A stretch of DNA of 64,000 nt from Strigamia acuminata. Lineage: Eukaryota. Made by a program: the position numbers and the translations under genes. The DNA lies in NCBI GenBank assembly GCA_949358305.1, contig OX442314.1, positions 32,302,001-32,366,000 on the forward strand, given 5' to 3'. A model generated the notes under the pieces. The model was not told the DNA's origin. It did not search any database and was given only the letters and a program-made list of their open reading frames with translations. This document shows positions 20,014-33,260 of the stretch, in pieces (the first letter of the stretch is position 1; every line of letters begins with the position of its first letter).

Positions 20014-22103
20014 TCACCAGCTAACCGACGAGAATTCGCGAGAACTCGACATAGAATTATCGCCGCTAGAATACCCCGAGTTTTTCTGCGGACTATCCTC
20101 GATAATCATGCGCGAAAGTCTATTTTTCAAAGCCGTCGCGAGCAACGCATTCAAATCGTCCTCGTTATTCCGATTCGTCTTTGGCTTAATCGGTGTCCCA
20201 CCTGGCGATCTAAAATAAAAACAATTAATTAATTAATTAAATTAAAATTAATTAATTAAAATAAATGGAAATTTACCGCTGAATTGGTCGTAATTTCACT
20301 TTATTCATTCCTTTCAACACGTCCGCCATGTTTGGTATCTGCACTCCGTTCCTTTGCTGCGCATTCCGCTTATTTCCGGCGCCATCTTTGTTCTACACCG
20401 GAACAATAAAAGCGATAAATTAAAAAAATGTCTCCCACATCATTTTCGACCATTTTCACCATTTTAATTTGTTGTTTCAAAGCGAAACCTTCGAAACACG
20501 TTCCGCACATGGGCGGGAGTGGTGGCGGGGGTGGCGGTGGTGGTGGTGGTAATTGAGGACCCCCTAGGAAATAAAAATGAATAAATAAATGAAGAGAGAC
20601 AAAATAAGGAAATAAATCAATTATTATTCAAAAAGACAATCGCACACGCGCATCAAGTAATACACAGTGATAAGTCTCTTACGAGAAACATCTGATGTTT
20701 GACTAGTTTGACTAGTTTGTCGTAAAATCGACGCGATCTGATTGCGTAATTTGGCGATTTCTTCCTCCAAAGCGCCGATTTTCTCCATCGTTTTCGACTC
20801 GCCAGGGATCTCGTCGTTCCGTCTGTGATTAATCGGCGTGCTGCATGAAAACGGGCAACGCTGGACTTCGTTTTCCATCGAATCGGGTGCTAATGCCAGT
20901 CTAAAATATAAAAATATATCAAATGTTGGTCAAAATCACTAAAATTTAAATTAAAATCACTAAAAATTAAATTAAAATCACTAAAAATTAAATTAAAATC
21001 ACTAAAAATTAAGTAAAAGTCACTCAAAATCAAGTAAAAAATTACTAAAATTAATTTAAAATGCTACAAAATCATTAAAAATCAATTTAAAATGCGACAA
21101 AATCGTTGAAAATCAAAGAAAAATCATCAAAACTATTGAAAATCAAAGAAAAATTATCAAACCTATTGAAAATCTATGAAAAACTATCCAAAAGCGTTGA
21201 AAATCAATGAAAAATCATCCAAAATCAATAAAAAATCATTAAAAATCATCCAAAATCATTAAAAATCATCCAAAATCATTAAAAATCATCCAAAATCAAT
21301 GAAAAATCATTAAAAATCATCCAAAATCAATGAAAAATCATTAAAAATCATCCAAAATCAATGAAAAATCATTAAAAATCATCCAAAATCAATAAAAAAT
21401 TATTAAAAATCATCCAAAATCAATGAAAAATCATTAAAAATCATCCAAAATCAATGAAAAATCATTAAAAATCATCCAAAATCAATGAAAAATCATTAAA
21501 AATCATCCAAAATCAATGAAAAATTATTAAAAATCATCCAAAAATCACTAAAAAAAAATCCCGCGCTCAGGCATACGTCTACACGGTAGATATTCTTAAG
21601 TCCTATTCACAAAAAATCTCCGTTTATTTCCATTTATCAATCACCTGTGCACGATATTGCATTTCTGCGACGCTTCTAGCAGGTCTAACGTCCTAAAAGC
21701 GTTGAAATTTGCACATCCGTCACTGGGAAATGAATTCTATAAAACAAAAATCAATTAATTAATCACACTAATAAAAATAAAAATCGATATTTCACATTTT
21801 TTACCTGTTTTTTGACCGTTACGATCGATTTAATCGGTAAATAGTCACTGAGAACCCGAATAACATATCGTCTTTGAGCGGCCAAGTTCTGGAATATAAA
21901 TTTTTAAACTTTTTTTAAGTATCAAAATTAAATTTTAATTAATTACTGACTCTATTGCAGGAGGATTTGAGTTGTCGGATGCGGTATTGGGTGCCCGATT
22001 GCTCCATGAAAAACCGGACGATGTCTTCGATGTCTAAGTAAACTTCCACGACCGATTCAAACATTCTCTTAATGACCGCCACAAGTTGCAAAGAGGATGC
22101 CAT
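20014..22103 (-). CDS. MTFR1: Mitochondrial fission regulator (MTFR1/MTFR2-like)
   Basis: Exons 22103-21951, 21888-21805, 21736-21645, 20900-20683, 20563-20460, 20392-20277, 20209-20014 are in phase. Motifs: KIGALEEEIAKLRNQIASIL, poly-Pro, NMADVLKGMNKVKLRPIQRSPGG, ALLATALKNR. Confidence 0.82.
21200..21545. repeat. Intronic minisatellite, about 31-bp unit AAAAATCATCCAAAATCAATGAAAAATCATT
   Basis: Read directly. Confidence 0.85.
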
Positions 22104-23337
22104 TGCTGAGTCGAACGTTGGGTCTAAAGGTTGGTAATGTCGTGTTAGTGTTTGTGGGATTTAAATTTGAATGAACGTTTGAGTTTTACCACACGAATTG
22201 TTTGAAACGGCCGCCCGGAATGGATTGAAAAGGGAGGAAGATTAAATAAAATGATGGCCGATGGGTAATGCGAACTTGATCCGGTTCCAGATCATTGGGA
22301 TCTCGGTCGTTGTAAAAGCTGGTTGGGGCGAGGTTTGGATTTTGATGAATAAATAGGTTGGATTTATCGTTTCTGTGATTTATCTGTGACCAAAGTCCAA
22401 AAATTGGTCATTTAAAGGTAGATATCGGATTTTCTACCTGATAAAACCGGTACTAGATGTCGTGTTTTCTGATTTTTATTTAATATAACGGAAACTGATT
22501 CATCGCTTATTATGTGCCACATAACAAGCAACAAAATGACCGAACAAAAGAACTTTTTTTTTTTTAGTTTTATTATTTTCTAAAAATGAGTTATATATAA
22601 AGTAATCAAAATAAATTACCGTAAAATAAAATTGTCATGAATTGACCATTTTCTTCCTTTTAAAATCATTAAAACACGCGACTCATTGTGGAAAATAAAT
22701 TTTTCAATGTCAACAGGGCACTCGACTGAAACATGAAAATTACACTCACAGTTGAGAAGGAAACCCTAATCCCTTCTCCACACACATTTTTGCAACATTA
22801 AATCATTTTAAACCCAGAAATGATCATAAAATATATATTTTTAATTCCCATTTTCTCATTTTTATCATTTTTTTTAAATCTGGAAACGTCAAACCGACGA
22901 TGTTCGTGCATCCACGCCGGCCGGCAACAGTCGATTAGCGGCGGCCATCACACCCGAACACCGCCGACCACAAAAACGACAAATTAACGAAATTATCAAA
23001 CCTCCAATCCCACAAAACCCACAAAATTAAATAATTAACAAATTAAAAAAAATTTCAAACAATTTTTCACTATTTAAAATTATTCCTAATCACTTTTGTT
23101 TGCGTTTTTCGACTTCCAGCAGCGGAAGTGCAACACACTCCCCCAAAACCACCACCCAAACGCAAGAAGTGAGGACGAGACCTTTCACATTAGCAAACCT
23201 CACGCAAACTGTTGGGATTGGTGGCAGCAAACCGGTTTTAAGTGAGGAATTCCTGACGTCATCCAGGTGAGCGTCAGCAGGTGTATACAAGTTGGTTTGG
23301 GCGTTGGACTGGATCAGCTAACTCGGTTTTGTTCATC

Positions 23338-26300
23338 ATGCCAATTGCCCGTCTACTCCTCGTATTCCTCTTTCAAGGTGAGTAAACTAACCCTCTCCAA
23401 TGCGGCGCATCGTGTTTAATCTCGGCGCCCATTTCGCCCTCAACTTTAACCACTTCCCCTCACAACACAACACACAACACCAACGTCCCAAACCACCAAA
23501 CCGGTGTCTAATGGCTGCACACCCCGCCCGAAACCGTTTTTCCCCCATTTTGACGCACAAAAAAGCACTTTCCACAATAATTTAACACGAAAACACCGTT
23601 TTAATCGTTTTAAAATGATTTGTTTTGCTGTTTTTGTCCACCATCGCTATGGAAACGCCTTTTTTGTGCCAGCATGACAAAAATGGCGCCAACTGTTTGT
23701 ATTTATTCGTTTTTTAAAACGGTATTAAAAATCAAATGGAGAACTAGATTTCAACATTGAAAATGGCTGATGAGTAAGGTGCTATTGTTAAATAAAGTAT
23801 GCAAACACCTGCACCCATGATGCAAAGCGGAAATGCGGTTGAAACGGGGTTATGTAGATATAAAATAGATTTATCGTTTTTCATGTTTTCGCTTCATTTT
23901 TTTTGTTTATTTTTTTGTTTTTGGGTCTGCGAATGTGTTAACATCGCTCGATAAGATATTTCAATGGGATAAAATGTTTTCCTTTTGATGGCTATTCATC
24001 CGTGAATTATTATTTTTTTCTTTTTTTAAATTTAATTTATTTATGTATTATTATTTAACGATTTTCACGGCGAAATCGATAAACGAGGCTAAGGTGAAAT
24101 ATGGTTTATATTTATATACAGGAAAATAATTTTATTTTTATTTTTATTTTTTAATTTTTTTGATTTTTCGAGTCGAGGTCATTGCACTCGCGGTTTGATC
24201 CACGCTGACCTTAACTTGTTTGCAGACCATTGCCGAGATCTGGTGTTAAAACTGCTTAAAATTGAATTCTCCATTTTTTTCGCGGCCAAACAAAGTGTGA
24301 GCCATTAAATATCTTTGCAGTTTGATTTAAAAGTAACAACACATTTATTCTAGTATATTACACCGCCATGTTTGCACATCGAAACCACCCTCTGCTACCA
24401 ACCACCCTCTGCTACCAACCACCCTCTGCTACCAACCACCCTCTGCTACCAACCACCCTCTGCTACCAACCACCCTCTGCTACCAACCACCCTCTGCTAC
24501 CAACCACCCTCTGCTACCAACCACCCTCTGCTACCAACTACCTTCTGCTACCACTCAAAGCGCTTGTTTTATTTTATTATGCTAATAATAAACACAAATG
24601 TAATAAAAAAAACATTTTACAAAAAGGATGTGTATTATGTTAAACGTTGCGCAAGCCGTTTCGACATATATAATTTACTCGGCCGTGATTTTCTGGCTTT
24701 AAAACGTCCATTTTGATTTTATTTAAAATAAATAAACTTCTCACTCATCCACACGTCACTTAGTCCTGCCACGACTCAGCCAAGTAAAGTAGTGTGCCAG
24801 GTCACAGGAACGATATTTTTCCCTATTTATTTCCTCTAACCGCACGCGTAATTCAAAAATTACCTTTTCCTATTCATTATTTATTCAATCAGTGTCATTT
24901 GTGTTTATTTCAGGTGTTGCAACTCAATCACCGGTGTTACAAAACCAATATTACGGACGTTCGATAGGACGATTACGAACGTTCGCTCACGGCGTGCAAG
25001 GAGATGTGTTCGCCGTGGACGAATCTTCGTTTCTTCTCAAAGGATTTAGCTACGACGGACAAGGAGGTGAAATAACAACAAAATAGAAATTTAATTCATA
25101 ATTTTTCATATTATTTTCAATTTAAGATGCGTATTTTTGGGCGGGCTCCACTGCACAGCCCAGTATTCAAGGATTTAAGATGCTCAATGAAAGGGGCACG
25201 TAAGTGGCAAAAAAGTGAATTTAAAATTTCTATAGGTTGGATAATTTTGATGTAAAATTGCAGAGAAGACCCCCTGAGAGCCTATAAGTCCGAGGATCTG
25301 GTTATTAAATTGCCAGCTGGACGCCGGATTGCGGATATCAAATGGCTGTGTGTTTGGGATAGACAATTTACGGTTGGTTCGAGTTGATTTTTTCTTATCA
25401 TTAAATTAAACGATTAAATTTTGTTCCTACTCGTTGCAGATGAATTATGGCGATGTTTATATTCCTGGTGATTTCCAACCGCCGCGGCCACAGCTGTTGC
25501 CGGAGTTCTCGCGGTTGAGTCACGGCGTGCGGTCTGGGAATGTCACCGTGGTTGATTCAAAAACCATTTTTGTGCCTCAGTTCTTCTATGATGGCACTGG
25601 ACAAGGTAATGTATATTTTTTAAAACTAATTTTACATTTTAAATTGATTTTGTTTATTTAAATTTTCTAGAATCTTATTTTATTGTCGGTGTTGGATCGC
25701 AACCTACGTCCCAAGGTACGAGAATACCGGATGAGAAAGCGAGGTAGCGTATACAAAAAAATAGGCTTAAGTTTTCTGGTTTAAATTTGTGGATTAAATT
25801 TCACAGTACTCAGCCTCTTCAAGCGTACAATGGCAGAGACTTGACATTGAAGCTGCCCGCTGATATCAGCATTAGTTCTATCCATTGGATAAGCGTGTTC
25901 AGCTTTGCGGCAAATCAAAACTTCGGTCATGTTTATTTTCCTATTGGCATCAATGTTCCACCGAATTTGCAGGGAGTGCAGGGTTACTTGGGGCCCAGTG
26001 GTCCGTACTTGCCGGGCTCAAATTTCCCATACGGTACTTCGGCGTTTACCGGCAATAACCAGGGTGTCTATCAACCGGGTTTCCAGTCCGGCTTTCCCGC
26101 AAGTTCTCAATTAGGACCAGGATATGGACAGCAACAATATGTAAGTTAAATATTAAAGTAAAAAATTTGAGGTTTGTATGTGGTCCCATCTTCAGCCTGG
26201 TAATTCTTATTAATCCTTATTAATCCTTATTAATCCTTATTAATTCTTATTAATCCTTATTAATCCTTATTAATTTTTGTTAATCCTTATTAATTCTTAT

Positions 26301-29300
26301 TGATTTTTATTGTTTCTTATTGATTTTTATTGATTCTTATTAATTATTGATTCTTATTCTTATTGCTTCTAGGGTCCTGGAATGAGCACTGGACTGATGG
26401 ATGACTTTCCAAACTGTGAAACCTTGCTTCGCGGTCGGCTTCAAGTGAGTTGGAAAACACTTGGAGATCAAGTGCAAATCCGTCTTGCAGCTCAAATGGG
26501 TGATAATGAGTGGGTGGCATTTGGAGTCAGTGGTGCGCCAATGAGCAATCAAATGATTAATGGAGATGTCGCTGTTGCATTCTATGAGCGCGACACCAAC
26601 CGCGTTAACGTTATCGATTACTTTCTGCAATCAAAGCAAACCGTAAGTTGACTGCTATTAAATAATCATTGCACAACTATTTCTAGTTTCTGCTCTCTTA
26701 CAGTGCACAGGAAACAGTGGAGTTTGTCCAGACACACGTCTTGGAGGTCAAAACAATGTCCAGCTCATAAGCGGACAGCGAGTAAACGGAATAACTTACG
26801 CCACTTATCAACGCCCTTTGAATGCTGGTAAATATTCATTACGCCACAAGTTTCTCAATTCTAATCTTTCATTTAATCCAACGTTCTAGGTGACGACAAA
26901 GACAGGCCAATTGCTAATTTCGGAGCTACAATTGTAATCGCCGCCATTGGACCGCTAAATGTTCGCGAAGTGGCTTATCACGGTCCATCGAAAACCGACG
27001 GTAAATTTATCTTTCTATACTGACAAAAGAAACTAAAACATGACTCCGCGTGCAGAAACCGTCCGCATAGAATTCAACAGATCACCACTGCGCAATTGCC
27101 AAACACCGCTTGGTGGTGGCACTGCTGGCTATGGTGGTTATGGACAAACAGGGTACGGTCAACCAGGTTACGGCCAACCCGGATATACCGGTACTGGCCA
27201 AACTTACGGTCAACCCGGATATGGTCAGCCTGGTCAGCCTGGATATGGCCAACCTGGCCAACCTGGATATGGTCAACCTGGATACGGACAGCCTGGATAT
27301 GGACAACCTGGATATGGACAGCCTGGGTATGGCCAGCCTGGTCAATACGGACAACCCGGACAATATGGGCAACCCGGACAATATGGACAACCCGGACAGT
27401 ATGGACAACCCGGACAGTACGGACAATCCGGACAACCCGGACAGTATGGGCAACCTGGTCAGTACGGGCAACCTGGACAATATGGACAGACTGGTCAGCC
27501 AGGATACGGTCAGCCAGGATACGGTCAGCCAGGTTATGGTCAACCGGGGTATGGACAACCTGGATATACTCCAGGAGGCTACGGACAGACTGGATATGGA
27601 CAGCAACCAGGATATGGCGCTTATGGAACCGGCTACAGCGGAACTTTGGGACCGTGGAACATGCCACGGAGGATACAGAACTCTCAAGAAATTCGTTGTC
27701 AGATGGGACCGGCCGGACCACCGGATAAGGGTTACAGCGCTTACACTGGTATTAACACATTTGTAAGTTTGATTTTAAAGATAAAATGTTAGATTATACT
27801 TGTTGCAGGAAAACAAACTTATGCTTTGGTTTGGTGGTGCAATGAGATGATGGCTCCAGAAATATGGGTAGACTATGGACAAACCTACCGGTTCTACATC
27901 GAAGGTGGAGATGACAGCACGAATCCGGATAAATACAATCCGTTTTACATCACCGATGACCCCGATGGCGGATACATGAATAAACCAGAAGAGCAAAGAA
28001 GAGTAAGTATTGTATAATTTGACTCCACTTTCTATATCTTGTAGATATACAATCAAAACATCTTAGTTGAGTAGAGATGTTCTAGATAATTTGATTTTTG
28101 TCTTTGATGGGTAGAATTATCGAGTTTACGCAGGACTTACAACCGATGCTCGGGGTTACCAGAAGCCGAGTGCAGGTATTTGATAGAAATTATTTGTACT
28201 TTAGTACAGGGAATCATTGAAAACATGGTTGATTTTAGCTGGAAGATACTGTGAATGGAAACTAAGAGATTACCAAGATTCAAATAAAGCATTGATGGCA
28301 TCGACATTCGAAGAATACAGAAACTATTTCACGTTAGATTGTGAGCCTGGACAGACGACGCCATTGATATTCTCTCCTGACATGAATATGCCACAAATGG
28401 TTTACTATCAGGTATGTTGTTAGTATTGTATCAGTAGAAAAATTGGTTTTAAATTGATTTATGATTTCCCGTATGGTTCAAAAATACATAAAAATTACAT
28501 TGCAATGTATTGGGTTTTACGAGAATGCAGTTTGTAATACATTTATGCGTGTTATTTTCAAAATGCATTTTTTTCAATTGTATTACCAAATTCATTATTT
28601 AATATACAAATTGCGACCAGCTGCCCCTGCGCGCTGATCACTGCCCTGCAGCGCAAGGCACTTGGTGCAGTTCTCGCCGTGGTCTGATCAGGGATGGCTG
28701 TTAACAGCCTTCATATTGGGGAATACCCCTAGACATTAATAAAGTATAACAAACTAAACCATTGTGTCTTTTGTGTATTTCGGAAGTTGTTTTCATCGTG
28801 TGTGTTGCGTCCAGTGTCTTGAGGCCCTCCCCTGACTACGTGGCGTCCATCCGAACACTCATAAAATAATATACTTAATTCCGCGAAATGCTATGCATTT
28901 TGGAATGCGTTACAGTGAAAAGCAATATATTGTAAAATATATTTTTGAACCATAATATGACGTTAGATCAGCGGTCGGCAACTGGCGGCCGAAACTTGGA
29001 CCGCCAGATATTTTTTATTATAAATTTTTTTTGGTATTTTTGGTGCTTTTTGGTGTTTTTTTGGTTGTTTTGGTTTTTTTGGGTGTTTTTGATGTTTTTT
29101 GTGTTCTTTTTGTTTTATTTTTTTGTTTTTTTCTGGATCTCGATAAAAATTTTCAATTTTTCTGGACCCCACTTAAAATTACTTGCCGACCCCTGCGTTA
29201 GATATTTCTGTTTTAGTATGCACAAAGAGGGGATTGCCCCGCAATGTTTAGATATGATCAACTTTTTAAAACATAGCTTTGATTGTTTTTCAGTCTTTCA

Positions 29301-29431
29301 CAAAACCACATATGGGATTCCGAATAGTCGTGAACCGGCATTCTTGGGGCATTGGAACTGTGGCTATGCCAAGTCAGCTGACAGTTATTGGATTGGTTCT
29401 ACTGTTGACTCTACTATTCAATCGTGCGTAA
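23338..29431 (+). CDS. Knickkopf/Skeletor-family protein: signal peptide, DM13, DM13, DOMON, Gly/Tyr/Gln/Pro repeat, C-terminal domain, GPI-like hydrophobic tail
   Basis: Exons 23338-23377, 24914-25066, 25127-25199, 25264-25372, 25440-25605, 25671-25743, 25807-26140, 26373-26642, 26704-26827, 26890-27000, 27056-27748, 27809-28002, 28115-28175, 28239-28411, 29294-29431 are in phase. Motifs: [21 protein letters not shown]...[34 protein letters not shown]...WVAFGVSG...[28 protein letters not shown]...[23 protein letters not shown]; end [15 protein letters not shown]. Confidence 0.92.
24383..24552. repeat. 17-bp minisatellite (AACCACCCTCTGCTACC) x about 10
   Basis: Read directly; lies in intron 1 of the Knickkopf/Skeletor gene. 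Confidence 0.92.
26200..26345. repeat. 10-bp tandem repeat (TAATCCTTAT)n
   Basis: Read directly; intronic. Confidence 0.85.
28969..29195. mobile_element. hAT/Charlie-type MITE with 8-bp TSD CGTTAGAT
   Basis: TSD at 28961-28968 and 29196-29203; TIRs CAGCGGTCGGCAA / TTGCCGACCCCTG. Confidence 0.88.
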
Positions 29432-31384
29432 CTGAGACATCATGTTGAAATTTGCATGAAATATGATTTCAGCTGGAATTTTTTATATACTATATTATCG
29501 AAATCCGTCCGACAAAAGATAAAAGAGGAAAAAAAAAACAAACATAAAAAAAAACAAATATGGGGCCACATAATAAAACACTAGGATCAAATCCTGTTTT
29601 GTACAGATTGTTAGAAGCTAAAAAAAGACTTGAAATTCTTCTTTCTACGAAAAATCGAGAAAGAAATGGTATTTTTGGAGTTTTTTGGGATTTTTAGAGT
29701 CAAATTGGACAGAAAAACAAAAAGATTAGGTCGACAAAGATTCAGAATTTCACTTTTTACAAACTTGGTATATATATATATAAATATTTGTTCCTTTTTT
29801 ATACAAATGGATCTTTTGGAATTTTTATTTTTACCATATTTTTTTCACATTTGTCTTTTCATAATCAGGTTTTATTTTTATTTTTAAAATTTCTTGACAA
29901 CTTCATTCAATTTCTTCACTTTTACGTCTTTAAAAATGTCACCCATTTGCTGCGTTGCATTTGTAATAAGATCTGTATTTTATTATAAAATAAAAATAAA
30001 AATAAAAATGAAATAAAACTTTTTTTAAAAAATGAAAATGTTATTTTATATTGTATATTACGTGTTTTAGAACTGCGCACGAAACAAACATAACAAGGCA
30101 TATTCCAACAACTGCGGGTTATTTTTCGCCGATTTGATTAAATTCCGCATTTCCGACGCGACCAAAGCCCTGAAACTTGAAAAAACCGCAACTGCACTTC
30201 TCACTTGGGACATAATCTTGGTTAAAAACATCAAATAAGATCCTACAAGTGTTTTAGTAATTAAAAATCCACCCAGAATGTCCACGAAAGTCGAAAATTC
30301 ATTTTTATTTACCTCGCACGTTTGGCGCGGTCATCCATCTTAAATACATCGTAAGAAGCTTCCACAAGAAACTGAGCACAAACTACACGACTCAAGGTAA
30401 GAATTTTAATCTAATTTCCCCATAGAAAAATAATATTTAGGATTATACGGACATTTCACATTTAAAATTTGAAATTAGTATTGCGGAACAATATTCTATT
30501 TTAAGGCTTATTAAAGAAGGAAAGAATGGACAAGTGGTTCATTCTTCTGATAACAATGTCTGCTTTGTAATATTTGCTTATATTGTTGTGGCAAGAATTA
30601 ACAATCATCTTTTATATGTAAATTAGGTCATAATTATGGTCAAGTGTGGTGTGTCGTATTGTCTGTCAAATGTCAATGTTACTATAGTAGTGAAAGTTTA
30701 TTATTTTTGTGTATAGATGGCAATACAGTCGAGATATCATGTGACATAATTTTGAAGGGAAAATGTAATAAAAAAGTAACATGATTTGTTGTTTGTAACT
30801 GTTTTATTGTTCATTAAGTCATTAGTCATAAAAAATTATTTTTAGTTTGTTTTGATTTTGTTTTCAAGGTTTTTTTTGTGATTATTTTTTCCGTGTGTTT
30901 CTGTTTTTGTATCTAGATGGCGCTCATATGTTTTGTTTTGGATTTATGAAAGGATCTTTTGTGTGAATTGATGAATTCTGGATGAATTCGGGCAGAGAAT
31001 ACTTGTGAAGTGGTGTGTCGTCTAGTGGCAAAGAGGGAAACAAGAACAATGTGTAAAAGGACATCGTATGACGTAATTGGAGTTATTTTATTCTGAGAAA
31101 AAAAATCTGAGAATGGAGATTTTTAGATTACGTCAGATGGTTAGAGAGTTTCGCCCTCTTTGGTGAAAGTTCAAAAAGAAAATGGATTTTTTTAAAAAAA
31201 AATTAATTTATTTGTTTTGATAATTTCTTGTTCTTTATATAGATTTTTTTTAAAAAATCATGAAACCTGAAGAATTCTGTATAATTTTTATTATTGATTC
31301 AGGGATTGATTTTTTCAATTTTTATTAATTTATCTTTTGATTTTTATTGATTTTAAAAGTCTTTCTAAAAGATTTACTGGAGGT

Positions 31385-31835
31385 TTTCTGAAATGTCTGA
31401 AGATTTTCTGAAATTTCTAAAGATTTTCTGAAATTTCTGAAGATTTTTTGACATTTCTAAAGATTTTCTGAAATTTCTAAAGATTTTCTGACATTTCTGA
31501 AGATTTTCTGACATTTCTGAAGATTTTCTGACATTTCTGAAGATTTTCTGACATTTCTGAAGATTTTCTGAAATTTCTAAAGATTTTTTGAAATTTCTAA
31601 AGATTTTCTGAAATTTCTAAAGATTTTCTGAAATTTCTAAAGATTTTCTGAAATTTCTAAAGATTTTCTGAAATTTCTAAAGATTTTCTGAAATTTCTAA
31701 AGATTTTCTGAAATTTCTAAAGATTTTCTGAAATTTCTAAAGATTTTCTGAAATTTCTAAAGATTTTCTGAAATTTCTAAAGATTTTTTGACATTTCTGA
31801 AGATTTTCTGACATTTCTGAGATTTTCTGAAATTT
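31385..31835. repeat. 20-bp minisatellite (AGATTTTCTGAAATTTCTAA)n
   Basis: About 22 near-perfect units. Confidence 0.93.
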
Positions 31836-33104
31836 GTAAAGACATCTTTGATGTTTTTTAAGACATCTTGTTATGTCTGAAAGTTTATAAACTATAGATA
31901 TTTTATAAGATTTCCTAACAGAGGATTAAAATACTTGTGATAATTTAAGAATTTGGTGATTTTATAAGACTTTAAAGACACTTATTTTATTTTTTTTTAG
32001 TATTTTTAATATTAGTTCATCCTTTGGGATTCATTTTGATTAATTGAATTTATTCAAATTATTTATTTTTTTATAATAACTATTATTTTTTATCCATCAC
32101 ATGCTTTGAAAATCCTAAATCTAAATCGTATGATGTTTTTACTAGACCTTCCCTGTCACATTCCAGTCTAATATTGATCATTCCCACTACACTTGATTTA
32201 AATTTTATAAAACAAAACCAAACAAGTTAAACACAAAACAGAACCAACTTCTAATGACTAGAATTCAACAAAATAGATCTAATATAATAAATAAATTCTA
32301 AAAAAAACCTTAAAATAAACTCCAAAAACACCAAATCCAACATTATGAATCATTTTCATATCCCAGTCCACTTCTGAATCCACCATTTAATAGTATTTCT
32401 TAGAGTACAATTCTTTCAACTTAACTGACACAAAAATTAAAAAAAAAACTCTCCTCACATCATACATAGATAACTTTAATAAATATCAGACAGATATGTC
32501 TCACTCAAATCATAGTTCATCATGAAATTGGATAATTTAATCTTAATGAATCGACTAAACAAATTTTTCTATACATTCACTATATAAAATTATATACTTA
32601 AGAAAAAAAAATTTATTTTTTACTTTCAAATTTCTCATTTTTTCCCTCCCCCTTTTAATTTTACGTTCGTTTGAAGGTGAAATTTTTTTCTACATTTGAA
32701 TACCAAATAAAGTTCATTTAACACTGGACAAGCAGAAAAAAACAAAACAAAAAACACCCAACAACAAAAAAATGACCATGGACACATTTTTCCCTCCAAA
32801 AAAAAATAATTTTTTTTTAAAAATCTTTCATTTACAACTTTCCAGACGTCACTAGAATTTTTATACACAAAAAAAAATAAAACTCATCCGATTACACGAC
32901 AAATCTAACAAACTTTGCCGTTGGGATGGACAGGATTACTATTGTAAACTCAATAAACTTGTTGGTTTATATCTCATCGTGAGTTTTATGAGTGAATATT
33001 GTAACGACGCTGTACACACAGGTATTATTAGTTGTTATGGTTACGAAAATGTACTTTTTATGTGTACGAGTTCATTCCGTGTCTCTTCAATATTTTAAAC
33101 GATG

Positions 33105-33260
33105 GTTTAAAACATATTACAGCCGGTGGATCGTAACCACCCTCTGCTACCAAGAGACTCATTGCCATTGAATCCTGGTCACGGCACCAAAATGTGGCGG
33201 ATGGTCTCGCCGTGGTAGCAGAGGGTGGTTACGATCCACCGGCTGTAATATGTTTTAAAC
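33105..33260. mobile_element. Palindromic element: perfect 48-bp inverted arms with a 60-bp spacer (probable MITE)
   Basis: 33105-33152 (GTTTAAAACATATTACAGCCGGTGGATCGTAACCACCCTCTGCTACCA) is the exact reverse complement of 33213-33260. Confidence 0.75.

Noticed and set aside
27074..27766. Four overlapping ORFs of about 200 aa in other frames
   Set aside because: By-products of the stop-free repeat exon; only the GYGQP frame splices in phase with its neighbours.
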